DNA from: Eremomyces bilateralis CBS 781.70
Taxonomy: Eukaryota
Direction: 5' to 3' (one strand)
Assembly (NCBI GenBank): GCA_010015585.1
Contig: ML975163.1
DNA length: 64,000 bases
Shown here: in pieces, positions 30,843-42,560 of the stretch
How positions within the stretch are numbered: position 1 is the stretch's first letter
Layout of the letters: every line of letters starts with the position of its first letter
Program-made: the position numbers and the translations under genes
The notes under the pieces: generated by a model
Seen by the model: only the letters and a program-made list of their open reading frames with translations
What the model was told of the DNA's origin: nothing
Databases searched by the model: none

Positions 30843-31162
30843 ACAGTTTGCATGATTTGGATATATTTTACGAAACGAATAACGGAATGGTGGCGTTCCG
30901 GGAAGACCACATCGTCTTCGAGATTGGCGTTATTAGTATTGTACAGAGCACGCTGTACATAAACCGACGCTTTTAGAGAAGACGACAAGGCTGCGTGTAA
31001 GCGGCATGTAAATATGACGGACCCCACTAGTCTGACTCATCAGGGATTATTGTTCCTTGAAAGGAAATATAACAAAGCCCGACGAACGAATCTGATGAAG
31101 CACAGCGTCTGAGAAGCTTCAGTATTGAGAACCTGGTTCGCGACCTACCACCGATTTCAAAC

Positions 31163-31912
31163 ATGGCTGCACACTGGCGAGACGGCGCCATGGAGCCCAT
31201 CTGGAAGTTCGTCGAGCAATACATGTCACAATTCGACGCGTCGCACGACTTCCATCACATCAAACGCGTCGTCGCGCTAGCAACCACGATCCTCGAAGCC
31301 GAGCAAAAGGTGCAGACCGAAATTGCGTACAACAAGGACATCGTCCTCCTCGCAGCGTATGACCGCGCCCTTCCTCGTTGATTGTCATGAACTCACCTCC
31401 CCAGTCTCCTCCACGACGTCGGCGACAAGAAATACGAATCCCCGGGCTCCGCGGACGCGAACCGCATCCACGACCTCCTCGCCACGCACGGCGTGCCCTC
31501 GGACATCGCGTCAGCGGTCCAACTCGTCGCGACGACGGTCTCATATAGCTCAGAGGTCAAGAACCCGGGGGCGGTAACGGAGGTGCTCGCACGGCACCCG
31601 GAGCTCGCGATCGTGCAGGACGCGGATCGACTGGATGCGATTGGGGCGATTGGGATCGGGCGGGTGTTCACTTATGGGGGAGCCAAGGCGGGGGAGCGCG
31701 GGATGCGAGGGTGTTTGGAGCATTTGGAGGAGAAGCTGGTGCGCCTGGAGGGGATGATGAAGGTTAGTCGGATCATTCCTTGAGCTGGTATGGGCGAGGT
31801 TAACAGATGTCTGGAGACGGGGACAGGGAAGCAGCTCGCGAGGGAACGGACGCGGCGGTTGGAGGTGTTCCAGGGATGGTGGAAGGAGGAGTGGCCGGTT
31901 GATGGGGAGTGA
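31163..31912 (+). CDS. HD-domain metal-dependent phosphohydrolase
   Basis: DASHDFHHIKRV, LLHDVGDKKY, VQDADRLDAIGAIGIGRVFTYGG; two introns. Confidence 0.9.
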
Positions 31913-32150
31913 ATGGATATTTACGATCGAATGATGACGCTATGGATTGACAACGGCTACTTCCGAGAAATCGGGATGGTGTATCTCGAATACCAGCAGC
32001 ATATTAAACTAAGGAGACACTGTAGTTTGGCAGTGCGGGGGAATGCAAGCTGTCGGATTGTGTTGTGCAAGTGTTGAAGTGAGGCGGATGCAGGCGTGGA
32101 AAAGGATGGTTCTCGACCGCAGCACTAATTACAACTAGAATCTGAGGACC

Positions 32151-32208
32151 TGTGAAATTGCCGCCGAAAAGAGCGGTTTCTGACGCTGTTTTTGGCGGCA
32201 TTTCCACA
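32151..32208 (+). repeat. Palindromic site copy A (inverted arms around spacer GTTTCTGA)
   Basis: TGTGAAATTGCCGCCGAAAAGAGCG-GTTTCTGA-CGCTGTTTTTGGCGGCATTTCCACA; related copies at 41592-41643 (+) and 62794-62845 (-). Confidence 0.85.
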
Positions 32209-32591
32209 CGACCTGGTCACGAAAATCAACTCTTCTCCTCCCCAAACACCCCGTAATGCCAAGCGCATGTGACTCTGTCCATTATCAGTTTCTTGAGTTT
32301 CATGAATTTAGAAATCGGGATCCCGTTTCTGCACTCAACTCATCCCAACTTTCCAATATGCTCTGCCACCCTCTAGCCGCTACAGTCGGCAGCATCCAAA
32401 AATGATCGCATACAAAAGCCTACCATGCGCTGCCATGCCCTTCATCCTCTCATCCCATCCCTTCCTACCTGCTTCCACCTTCCCTTCTCCGGTATCCCTA
32501 CGGATTCGCTCTCTCGTATGCCGCCATACTCCCGGCTGGTCTTACCTTTCTTTCGCCTCTCTTTTCACTTTCTCTCTACCCGTGCTTCGCC

Positions 32592-35344
32592 ATGGGAAAG
32601 AGGGCGCTTCCTGCCGCCGACGCAGAGGAGCACCAGCACTGGACTCGGCCTATCCTCTGCGATGAGACCCGAGCGAGGCTCGAGCACTTTCGAAGCTTCG
32701 GACACCTTCCTCCAAACTTCAAGCCTAAAACACTTCAGGGTATCGCCGTAGTGGAGAGATATTGGCGCAGGTCGGTCACCTTTTTCGACATTGCTGGGCA
32801 GATAATGCTAACTGTCTCGATTGGGCCGGTAGGTACTGCGACCACCTAGGAGTAAACTATGTGGAACATCTCACTACAGAGGACCCCCCAGTTTATATGA
32901 GCTTCTTTGATTGGATGTACGAGTCTTCTAAGAAGAAGAAGTTACAATCATACGACGAGTATTGGAGGCGATTGAACCAGTACTTTACTCTCTTCACCCG
33001 CCATCCAATGAGTAACCACGTTCATCAACAAATACGACGGGTATGTTTGTGTACCTTCTATTCATCAAACCTCCCCTGCTGATCGAGTACCATTAGTTCC
33101 TTGAACATGTATTCCCGGCCGAACGCGAGATTTCAAGGCGTGCCAAGAGCAAGCATACTCTGACAATTGAGGAATATGGACTTTTCCAGAGGTATCTGTG
33201 GAAATATTCCTTCTATTTCCGCTGCGGCAACATGCTCGTTCAGCAATCCACAATTATGCTGTGGTCTTCAATCACGGGAACTCGACCTGGCGTGCTTCTG
33301 CCGGACAACTGTAGTCCTGACGCTTCATCTCGGAACGATGAAGACCAGCAAATCACTATTGCACCGAAACCGAAGAGACGGAAGCCGAACCAAACTTTCG
33401 TTAGCGATCTGCCGGAGTATGTCTCCATTGATCCCTCCCCAAAAACCGTTTGTTGGGAGGATATCGAACTCTTCTACCTCAGAAATCCAGAAGGCGGTAG
33501 AGACGTCCCGTGCGCAATTATTACCTTCCGGAATTTGAAGGGCAGACCAGAAGGCTCCGACGGGTATAATTCAACCTTTTCCTGGAAGTGTTTTTGCAGC
33601 AAAAAGGGTTGCTAATATATTTTTGGAACAGAACACGATTCTTCATGCATTGCGACTACCTGCTGACATATTGCCCGATCTTGCACATCGTGGCGATGGC
33701 GTTCCGCGACGGGGCCTTCGAAAACGAACGACTAACACCAGAACTTTTCTGGCGACTTCGAGTCCCGAAACGTCTACCGAGCCTGCCTCTAAGATAGAAG
33801 AAAGACAAACTGAAACTTCCAGTTCTCCGTCGCATGAAGCAAGCTCCTTACGGCTATGAAGTAGACCAGTTCCTGCCGATGAAGTACGACTCCAGTAATA
33901 GCGCACTGAAGCATATCGGAGAAGGGCTAGGGTACGAGGACCTACCAACTCATTATAACTTTCGACGCTGGGCTGCAAACGCTGTTAATCGTAAGCAATT
34001 TCGGAGAACGGTCCCTATTCTGCTTATCCTACCTTCCTTTTTGCCCGAGCCTCCATCCCTTGAACAATCGTAGAACTCGGCACTGATATCTACGCAGGTA
34101 ATTACACCGAGGCGGAGCGCATGAGGGTCCTCGGTCAATCTGGGAATCGCGTTTTTGAGAAACACTATCAAAGCGACTTCATCGGTGGTCTCCAACATGT
34201 TGTCTTGGTACGGCCGTCACAGACGGCTCTATGCAATGAAGCGCGGAAGTGTAGGAACAGAGATCCTCTAGCGCCAAAAGCACTCAGCGGCGAGCAGCTC
34301 AAAGTCGTCCGTGGGGATTCTCGGATTCTCCAACTAAGACAAGAGAGAATCGAACTAAAGAACGAGATGCGATTATTAGCGGGGACCGTAGAGGCTGCTA
34401 GAGATCTGTATCCGGAGCTTCACCAGAAACACGACCGGGTCTGCAAGAGGATGCATAGCGAAAGGAAGAGACTCCTTCGGGAAGCCAAGGAGAAGATGAG
34501 GGAGGACTACTACGATAGCATACCAATAATCGAAGTCGACAAGCAGATCGACCAACTCCTAGATAACCCAGGCGTAGACTCTTCGGATGGTGAGAACGAC
34601 GATGATGACTCGGACCCCCCGCCTCCCAAATACGTGTTTCAGGAGCGTGCACGTCTTGTGGACGCCTTCTACGGGCCGGACGCTGACACGCTTGATGGCG
34701 AACAGGACATCGGCCGACGGATCCAGGTCACAAAGGACATGATCGCACTTTGCGGGCTTTGGGAGCCGACCCGCCGAGGGAAGAGGTTCGACTGGAACAA
34801 GGATAACGAAGACATGGTTGATAACGTCATGAAGACAAAGCAGGAGCAGGACTCCAGTCCATGTCTCGACGAAACGAAATGTCCCACTGACGTTTGTATC
34901 ATATGCCCAAAATTGCATAGACGCAGGTTCCAGCGCATGGATTCGTTAAGACGTCACCTAATAAATCAACACCTGAGTCATCTGCCTGAAGGTGTTCCTC
35001 TCTCCTGCGCATAGGATACATGCGTAAGCAGATCTGCCTTCATCGAAATTAGAGCCTTCCTAAACCATATTGCCACGGTCCACGATTACGACGTTAAGAT
35101 TGGATCCCATTTCTTTGAGCGTTTCTGTCGCACGCAGCAAATAGGCGGGAATAGAAGACCTTCGACCGAGGATTCGAGTGCAGAGTCCTTAGAAGGTTTA
35201 TCGATCGACGGAATAGCCCCAAGCACGACAGTGACGGCGATGACGGATTCTGAATCAACACCGTCGTCGCCGCCGTATATAGATATTCTTGAAAGGATTG
35301 ACCCAATCATCCTGAAGGAGGGAAATGCGGAGTCGAAAGGCTAA
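32592..35344 (+). pseudogene. Starship captain, DUF3435 tyrosine recombinase with C-terminal C2H2-like fingers; two in-frame TAG codons
   Basis: Spliced ORF with SITGTRPGVLL (Arg), FRNLKG, CPILHIVAMAFRDGAF, THYNFRRWAANAVN, RMRVLGQSGNRVFEKHY (Tyr) and CIIC...SLRRHLINQH. TAG at 33795-33797 and 35012-35014. Confidence 0.85.
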
Positions 35345-36332
35345 GAAGTACGTTATGCCCCAGCATCCTGTCCATTCAGTCGAAATCTCAGCCGTCGGCC
35401 GCGATCCTGGCATTCGATAAATCCGAAATACGTGCCTTCAGCTTCAGGAAGAGGTGATGTAAAATTCGGAACGATCGAGAATAGAGCCCGGAATGGAGCT
35501 TGATGAAATGTAGTAGCTTAGATGAGGTGGATGGGGATGTACACTACAGGGAACTTATCGGGCTGCATCGCTTTCTTTGTCTCATCTACTCCTTATGGTT
35601 TTCTCTCCTTCATCCCCTTTCCCAGCACAATTTATCTAGATTTCGAAATTTTGAAAGGAATCGTCTCAGTCGTTAGCGCGTGCCATACGAGTCTATTCCT
35701 TTAGCACCCCCTCTGATCTTCGCAAGCGCTTTCGACGGAAACACTTGTCCAATATCAGGGACGGCAAGAGGATCGACTGCGGGGTTTGCAAGATGTCACT
35801 CAACTGCAAGACGCACTTGCAAAACCACGCGAAGAAAATACATGGGACAGTATCGTGAACTTCAATACTAAGTTATCGACGCTTGGCCCGAACGGGCTCC
35901 AAGCAAAGAAGCCCGTTCTGTTTCTATGCGCTTTCAGAGCCTTCCACGTTTACTTGTCACAGTATCCTTCCCGTACCATTCCGCACTTGTAACATTCTGC
36001 AGCTCGATTGATTGATTGATTGATTCATAGGCTGACCAAGCCGTTCCTTGCACGAACTGCTTCCGCTTCGGTACGATAACCCCTCTACTAATAGTCTTAC
36101 TTGCTGTTCTGTGCCTACGTACTTGTCAGGCCTTTCCTGGCCTTCCTCTGCTTCTGTTTACTAGTTATCGCTCGTCTACGCTGTGTATTTGAGTACTGTG
36201 GCTGGAACTGCCCGGAATTGCTCTAAGAGCCCAGTCCTAAGGATCATATTGGCTGCTTGTACTGCCATTGACGAGCTACAGAGAATGCGCTTGATGTCTC
36301 CTCTTCCCCGTAACATTTCGCAGCTCGTAGCA

Positions 36333-36545
36333 TGTCAGGCTGGGAGGATGCTAGTCTCGTGATACACGTGCATCCCTCTATATAAACGGTCGCAGCCATC
36401 ACAGAGTTCTTTCGTCCTCAAGGATCAGTCTGAGCCTTGATCTTAAGCCAGAAACAGCATAGATTTCATCAATCAAGCATCGCTAGTTACTCTCTTGCTA
36501 CTCGCTTACTCGTATCACGTTATTCACCCACTCTGTGTTGCGACA
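36333..36545 (+). mobile_element. Possible solo LTR
   Basis: ~210 bp starting TGTCA and ending GACA, with an internal TATATAAA. No matching TSD seen. Confidence 0.35.
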
Positions 36546-36595
36546 AAACAAACTTTACATATACCTGGAAGTGAGCGTATATCTCCACAGTCATC

Positions 36596-36890
36596 ACTCT
36601 CCCGTAACGCTCCAAAGCTCGTATCACTCCACGCCCATCTCTCCCGTAGCGCTCCAAAGCTCGTAATATTCCAGAGTTCATCTTTCCCGTGCCATTCCGC
36701 AGCTCGTAGCATTCCAAAGCTTCTGTCTCCCGTAATACTTCATAGCCCGTAGCGTTTCAAAGCTCGTATCATTCCAGGCTCATCTCTCCCGTAGCGCTCC
36801 AAAACTCGTAATATTCCAGAGTTCATATTTCCCGTGCCATTCCGCAGCTCGTAACATTCCAAAGCTTATTATTCCTGTATCGTTCCGCAG
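36596..36890. repeat. Degenerate ~40-bp minisatellite with ~145-bp higher-order duplication
   Basis: Units like CCCGTAGCGCTCCAAAGCTCGTAATATTCCAGAGTTCATCTTT recur; related units at ~35965 and ~36305. Confidence 0.8.
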
Positions 36891-37059
36891 CCTTCTAATC
36901 CCAGAAATTCTATCCCAGGAACACTATCCCAGAGCGTGCCCAGCCTCTTTGAAGAAAAGAAAAACACTGGTACTCAAATTGCGCATATGTTTACCCAAAA
37001 CAATCGCTACAACAGACAACAAAAACAAACACACGATCCCCAAAATCCCCAGGGACGGC

Positions 37060-37300
37060 ATCCCCACAAGGGATGGCATTCCACTGGGACCGACTGATAT
37101 TGGGGGCCAGAAATGGAGTGGGGATCCGCATGGATGGCGTTCCCACAAGGGATCCATAAGGACTCCCGAAAATAGATGCACTGATAAAGGGTGAGGTCAG
37201 AAACTCGAAATCCGCAGGGGTGGTATTCCCACAAGGGATGGCATTCCACTGGGACACCGCCTGATATCGGATAAGGCCAGAAATGGACTCGAAATCCGCA
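37060..37300. repeat. ~70-bp direct repeat (CCCACAAGGGATGGCATTCCACTGGGAC...GGCCAGAAATGGA...ATCCGCA)
   Basis: Copies at ~37062 and ~37227, with a partial copy at ~37141. Confidence 0.8.
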
Positions 37301-37666
37301 CAGTAGGCAATCCACCGGTCACCAGTGCCAAACTATTCGTAGCCCGAACGGGCTCCAGGCAAACAAGTCCGCTTTATTTCTATGCGCTTTCAGAGCCATA
37401 TTACGTATTAATTACCGCTGTTTTGGACAACCAAAAGTTCATAAAAGACAGGGGTGATTTGTTTCTAGGGTCCAGCATGAGCTTGATTTTGCATCGTCTG
37501 CTCAATTTAGCGATACCTTCTGTGTCGTTGTCAAGGGCTGGTTAGTTTTGGAGCTATAGGCAACTAGGAATTGTAAAATGTATAACTATGTGAAATTAAT
37601 AAAAACACGAATCGCTGCTGTTCCCTGGCGGCAAACGGTGAACCTCGTTGAATTCATCATCGAACT

Positions 37667-39128
37667 CTACTCTCTAAACAACCACTTTTCAAACTGGGCC
37701 GTATTTAGACCTTTCGGTACCATTTCCCTCATTGTCGTTCACATCATAGAACATAGTCCAAAGCTAATATGATTGGCTGGCTTCAACGCGAGTGACTTCA
37801 CCCTCTGCGTCTCGGGGCTGTCCTCACCCTCGCAGATAACCCTTGCTTCGTACGCTCTCTCCGCAAACACGCTTGCCCGAGCCTGATCTCCATGCGCGAT
37901 GCCGACTTGAAAGGCGTCGTAATAGAGCCTGGCGATGAGCGCCCCAGCATACCCGTCATATTCCTCTTGAAAGACTTGAAGCAGCGAGTGGCAGTCACTC
38001 AGACTCTCCTTCGGCCTAATCTGCATGCGGAATGGATCGCCGATGGCATTGTCGAGGTCTTGAATCAGTAAACGACGGCTGTCACTGGCTTGGAGCTCGG
38101 AAGGACGAGAGCATTCACGGCAATTGCAATCGAAACCGAAGGCTTCTTTCAGGAAGGCACGTCGTACAGTTGAAGTACCTCCGTAGTCATACGAGATTGT
38201 GACCTCCTCTCCGGTTTTGATTGGCCGGATCGCGTAGATGGTTTCGTGCTCCGCGTTGCTATCCCAGTTGTTGTGAGAGTTTGGAATACAGTTGTGATTG
38301 ATGAGGCAAATCGTAGGGTAGACTCCACCCACCACTGAGCCTGCGCCACAGGGTAGAGCATTGGTCTTAAAAGTGTTGCTAAACGGATGCTTTCCCGGGC
38401 AGTTGTTGTAAAGGGACAAAAATTGTCGTTGCGACGCTTTGGGCAATGCCCTTAGCCTGGCCGCGAGGATCAACTCCAACTCATTGGGCGGCATGGATTA
38501 AGCCGTAAGAACTGGCTTCTCACAAAGTATCCGAGTGCCGTTGGATATATTGAAACGGGCAATGAGACATTTGCCTTTTCTGGGAATGTCCTTAATTTCG
38601 AAAAGTGGGATACCAAGCTCATTGATGGGATTAGTACCGGTGAGGAGAGATGCGATGCTGGTATTGATCTCAGGCTCGTCTCGCTGTGAGTAAAGGGGTT
38701 AGATGTTGTCAAAGAGCAGGAACGAGACTCTACGAAGGCATGACTGACTTGCTCATAGGATCTGATTAACTCTGACTTCATTCCCGTCGTAATTGCCATA
38801 CTGGTCGTCACCTTCGTCCCAGTACTGGACACGGGAGCCGAAGTGAACCTTTGCAATTCTGGTAACAGTGTTGATATAGCTTGCTACTCTTGTAGCCGCT
38901 GCGATGATCCCCGAAACTTTCGAACTGAAATGCAGGAATTTGTGGCCCTTAAAAGGAAGTATAGGGTGTTCCCCAGCTTTGAATAGGATGTAATTCGGTT
39001 TTATCTCGACCTGGCTATCGTCTTTATAATGGTTCTTGATGAAGCCGACAAACCGGTTCCATTTGTGTCTATCAACGACTCCTTCAGATAGACAAGGGGA
39101 CCATATCGAAGCCAGCGTCAACTCCTAT
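37667..39128 (-). pseudogene. SET-domain (lysine methyltransferase-like) pseudogene
   Basis: TNALPCG...YPTICLINHNCIPN...GEEVTISY...FGFDCNCREC. Start appears as ATA, with frameshifts near 39100 and 38775, an in-frame TAA at ~38498 and a TGA at 37739. Confidence 0.85.
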
Positions 39129-39349
39129 AGCGGCACTTTCTAATTGAATTACGCAAGCAGTGGTACCAGGTAATGAAGGTCAAAGGAAACGAGTTTGTTG
39201 ATGCAATCATGCACTAGGAGAAAGTTGTTAAGGCGGTGAGTCGATAAGCGTCTGGGGGCTTTTGGGTTTTATTATTGTCAGAGTAGCTTTCGCCATACTT
39301 AGGGGTCTAGCTCGCTTGGCCGAAAATGGCTCTATCCTGTAGACTTGGG

Positions 39350-39490
39350 GGAGGGCGTTTGTAGGAAAGAGCGCTTGTAGGAGAGGGCGTTTGCAGGAGA
39401 GCATTTGCAGGAAGGCGTTTGTGGGTTTGCGTTTGAGGGCGTTTGTGGGTGGGTGTTTTTAGGTTTGCGTTTGTAGGTTTGTGTTTGATC
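39350..39490. repeat. Degenerate tandem GCGTTTG(T/C)AGG array
   Basis: About 8-9 copies of a GCGTTTG-like core. Confidence 0.7.
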
Positions 39491-39793
39491 ATGGGAGGAC
39501 GTTTTGTTTGATCGTAGGAGCTCATTCGTTCGTGGGGGAGGTTTCCGTACGGTGGGTTGAGATTGGGGATGGCATCAAGATCCTCCTCCTGTGAGCCCTC
39601 CTCCTGGAGGATCTTCTCCGGTAAGGAGAATGGCGTCGGTATAAGAGATCGGGGGGATACAAGAATTGAATGGATAGCACCCCTCTACTGCCGAGTAGGT
39701 CCAGCACTTACTCTTATGATAGATCCCGAATGCAGTGGTCTTATTCAGGCAAACGGATGGAGATTTCCATTTCAGGAATGATAACGTATATTG

Positions 39794-39843
39794 TGCCAAG
39801 ACACACCTGGAGCTGTATCCTAGGCTCCAGGTGTGTCTTGGCA
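39794..39843. repeat. Perfect 20-bp stem hairpin with 10-nt loop
   Basis: TGCCAAGACACACCTGGAGC-TGTATCCTAG-GCTCCAGGTGTGTCTTGGCA. Confidence 0.95.
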
Positions 39844-40703
39844 TGTCCTAGCTATGAACATGTATTTCCAATTAAAAATCCTGAAACATGACACGACGAA
39901 ATGCGCTCCACCGCACGCAACCCGTCACACGCAGCTCGGGTTCGGACGTTTCTTAGGGCACATGCTTAACAACCATACGCATTACTTCGCAGCCGAAGAT
40001 GTTGGCACGGCTTACTCTATAATCTTCTTTGCGTGTTTTTCTTACCACACGCTATTTGCTGGCAGGAATTTGGCCACATGCATACTCTCACACGCTTCCA
40101 GCCCTACATCCCCTTGCTCTGCACGACCGTTACCGTATACTTTCCGCGTTTGCAGTTTTGTTGTTGTAGGCTCCCCTAACTGGCACGCAACTCACCGCAC
40201 ACTCTTGAGCTTACGCTCAGCAGAGGGCCCTGCATGAACCGAGGGCTATTATACACTCCGCATTTTATGTATGCAGCCCAAACAACCTCCTTTAAATAGC
40301 TACGTGACCTGGTATTTCCCGAATGAGCCTCAAGCCAGGGTGTTGATCGAGCTCCGCGCTAAATATATCAACAGTCCTCTCGTGGTGGTTACTACTCGTA
40401 ACCTGTTCTGTTTCCATGCGCTTTTAGAGTGTCAGCCCTCAGTAGGGCGCAGGCCCTGTTTCTTGTAGTCGTTTCGTAGCGGTTCCTTCCTTCAACAACA
40501 GTCGAAAACAGGAAGACCGTATATGACCAGTTAACTAACCGTTCAAAAACCGTTAGAAGACTGTTCAAGAAAAATCAGGCCGTTGAAGCAAGTACTTGGC
40601 TACTTAACGGTAAAATAAACCATATCTTTCGCCCTGCTGCTGTCTTTTCACAAACTAAAAGTTCGGGAAAGACAGGGGTGATTTATTTCTAGGGTCTTAT
40701 AAG

Positions 40704-41198
40704 CTTATCTCAGTTGGGACTCAGACGGGATCTGGAAGATGGTTGTGGCGGTGCAGGCATCTTCAGATGCCGTCTGAGGACCATCTGCAGCATTTTGGTG
40801 GGCGCGTAGGTAAAAAGAGCGGATTTGGCCCCTACGGCGCACTAAACTCGACCAAAATTAGCGACAGGGGTCGCTCCAAAAGTCCAACTACACCAGCCCT
40901 TCGAAACAGCCGGTGCTAATCCTTTGTTATAGAATTATTTTGATATATTTCTTAATATACTATAAAAGAGCAGATTCTTTTACCTGTTACCTAGCCCCGC
41001 CTAAACTTTAAGCTAATTTCGAGTACTGAAAGTTGAAATGGTTGACTGAAACGACTGGGAACTCTGAAAACTTCAACTACACCATCACACAAACCTTACA
41101 AAAGGACCTCAGACGGTATCTGAAGATACCTTGGCTGCACCGCCACAGTGTAGTCACGTGCAGCATCTGAAGATACCGTCTGAGCTTGCTGAGATAAG
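40704..41198. mobile_element. Non-autonomous DNA transposon (MITE, ~495 bp) with long hairpin-containing TIRs
   Basis: Ends CTTATCTCAG/CTGAGATAAG; ~80-90-bp imperfect TIRs with CTCAGACGG and TGTGGCGGTGCAG; TATAAG(CTT) duplicated at 40698 and 41199. Confidence 0.85.
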
Positions 41199-42078
41199 TA
41201 TAAGCTTGAAGTCCACGTCTGGTACCTGTTGTTGCTGGAAAGGGGTTGTATCTGCGGCGAGCACCAAGTGCTTCATATTAAACAATGGCGAAGATGTCGT
41301 CGTACATGTGTCTTGGGGTAACGGACTGGACTCCTGGAGCAATTCCGGGTAGTCCCATCAGTGTTCAAATACACATAGCGAAGACGAGTGATTAGCGGTA
41401 TACGGAAGCAGAGGAGAGATAGGAAAGACCTGACAATTACATAGATATAGAATAGCTGTTCGAGCTAACAGTAAGGTGCAATAGCTCAGAGTAGAAGAGG
41501 AAGCAGTTCGTGCAAGGAACGGCTGGACTTCTGAAAGCGAAGGGCGGGGGCACAATATTTATAATTGTACGGAGTAACGTTGTGTGCTACCGAACTTGCC
41601 TCCAAAAACGGCGGTGTCTGATGCCGTTTTCAGAGGGCTTTCCGCTTAGGCGAAACGCTCTCGTTTCGTACCAGTGGTGCCCAAATCCCCCTGCCACAGT
41701 GCCAAGGCTTTGCACTCTCACAGACTTGCTTAAGCACTTGTAGAGGAAGGGGGCCGATTTTGAAATTCCAACTCTCAGTTTTCAGTTTTTCGAACTTCAC
41801 ATCTTCTATGTCTCCAGGTCAATTTCAGAAGCATGGCGGTGTCAAACGTCATGGCTCTGTTGCGGAGCTTCTCTTTGTTTTCGCACATAATAACCAATGT
41901 CCAGGCCCCGTCGCTCGATGGATCGCTCTGTCATTCCCGTTTCTCTGATAACTTTTTTTCTTGAGCCCTCCATGTTTTGCAGTTTCAGACCGATCTAATA
42001 TTATCTTGCTGCCTTCGGTAAATTGCCCTTTGCCCTCCTACGGGACCGCTCCATGCATCAATCGCCGAGATCATCGTA

Positions 42079-42560
42079 ATGGAAGGGGGAACAAGCCGCG
42101 CCCCTGCGGCAAAAAGGATACCACCACGAGACTCGGCGTATTATGAATCGCTCTATGCCGACGACCTAACCCCAACATTGCGCCTTATCACAGATGCGAC
42201 TGAGAGGGGAATTGGCTTTGTGTGGAAGAAGTGGACAGAATATAGGTTCAGGGCTAAAATTTACCAAGTTTCTTCACTAACGGCCTCTGATTTCCGACAC
42301 ACACCCTCAAAAAAACGCCAAGCGTTCTCTCACATTTTGCAACTGTCAGATCTTCACTTCGCCAAATCTAGCTCAAAAAAGCCCGTTCCATTTCTACTTC
42401 ACCAGCAACTCGTCAAGTCGGCTCTTTGAGTAGCTATAAGAACCGCATCAGAAGTTAGTTATGTACCCTAGAAACGGCCCTTGACGCTAGGCGAGATTTA
42501 CTAAACGTCGAAAGTGTATCTCTACAAGAATTTTGTGCGGAAACGAAAGTGGAAGAGTGA
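42079..42560 (+). pseudogene. Possible truncated, degenerate captain-like N-terminal remnant
   Basis: MEGGTSRAPAAKRIPPRDSAYYESLYADDLTPTLRLITDATERGIGFVWKKWTE resembles captain first exons ending at a W-x-x intron. It lies ~510 bp after palindrome B; downstream frames contain many stops. Confidence 0.35.

Larger units (their letters stand above)
35886..37397 (+). repeat. 56-bp direct repeat pair (35886-35941 and 37342-37397); partial third copy at 40402-40429
   Basis: GCCCGAACGGGCTCCA...TTTCTATGCGCTTTCAGAGCC, 50/56 identical by manual alignment. Confidence 0.85.
37417..40696 (+). repeat. ~55-bp direct repeats (37417-37472 and 40639-40696) flanking the SET pseudogene
   Basis: AAAAGTTC-NNN-AAAGACAGGGGTGATTTRTTTCTAGGGTC present at both positions. 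Confidence 0.85.

Noticed and set aside
31913..32150. 5S rDNA or tRNA as the Starship target site
   Set aside because: No recognisable 5S or tRNA sequence at the boundary.
35886..35941. Helitron 3' end suggested by the GCCCGAACGGGC hairpin
   Set aside because: No CTRR terminus at the expected short distance and no RepHel remnants seen.
36596..36890. CRISPR-like array
   Set aside because: Units are degenerate tandem copies without unique spacers, there are no cas genes, and the context is eukaryotic.
40720..41643. Relationship between the MITE motif (CCGTCTGAG) and the palindrome spacer (GTGTCTGA)
   Set aside because: Only 5-6 shared bases; compatible with chance.
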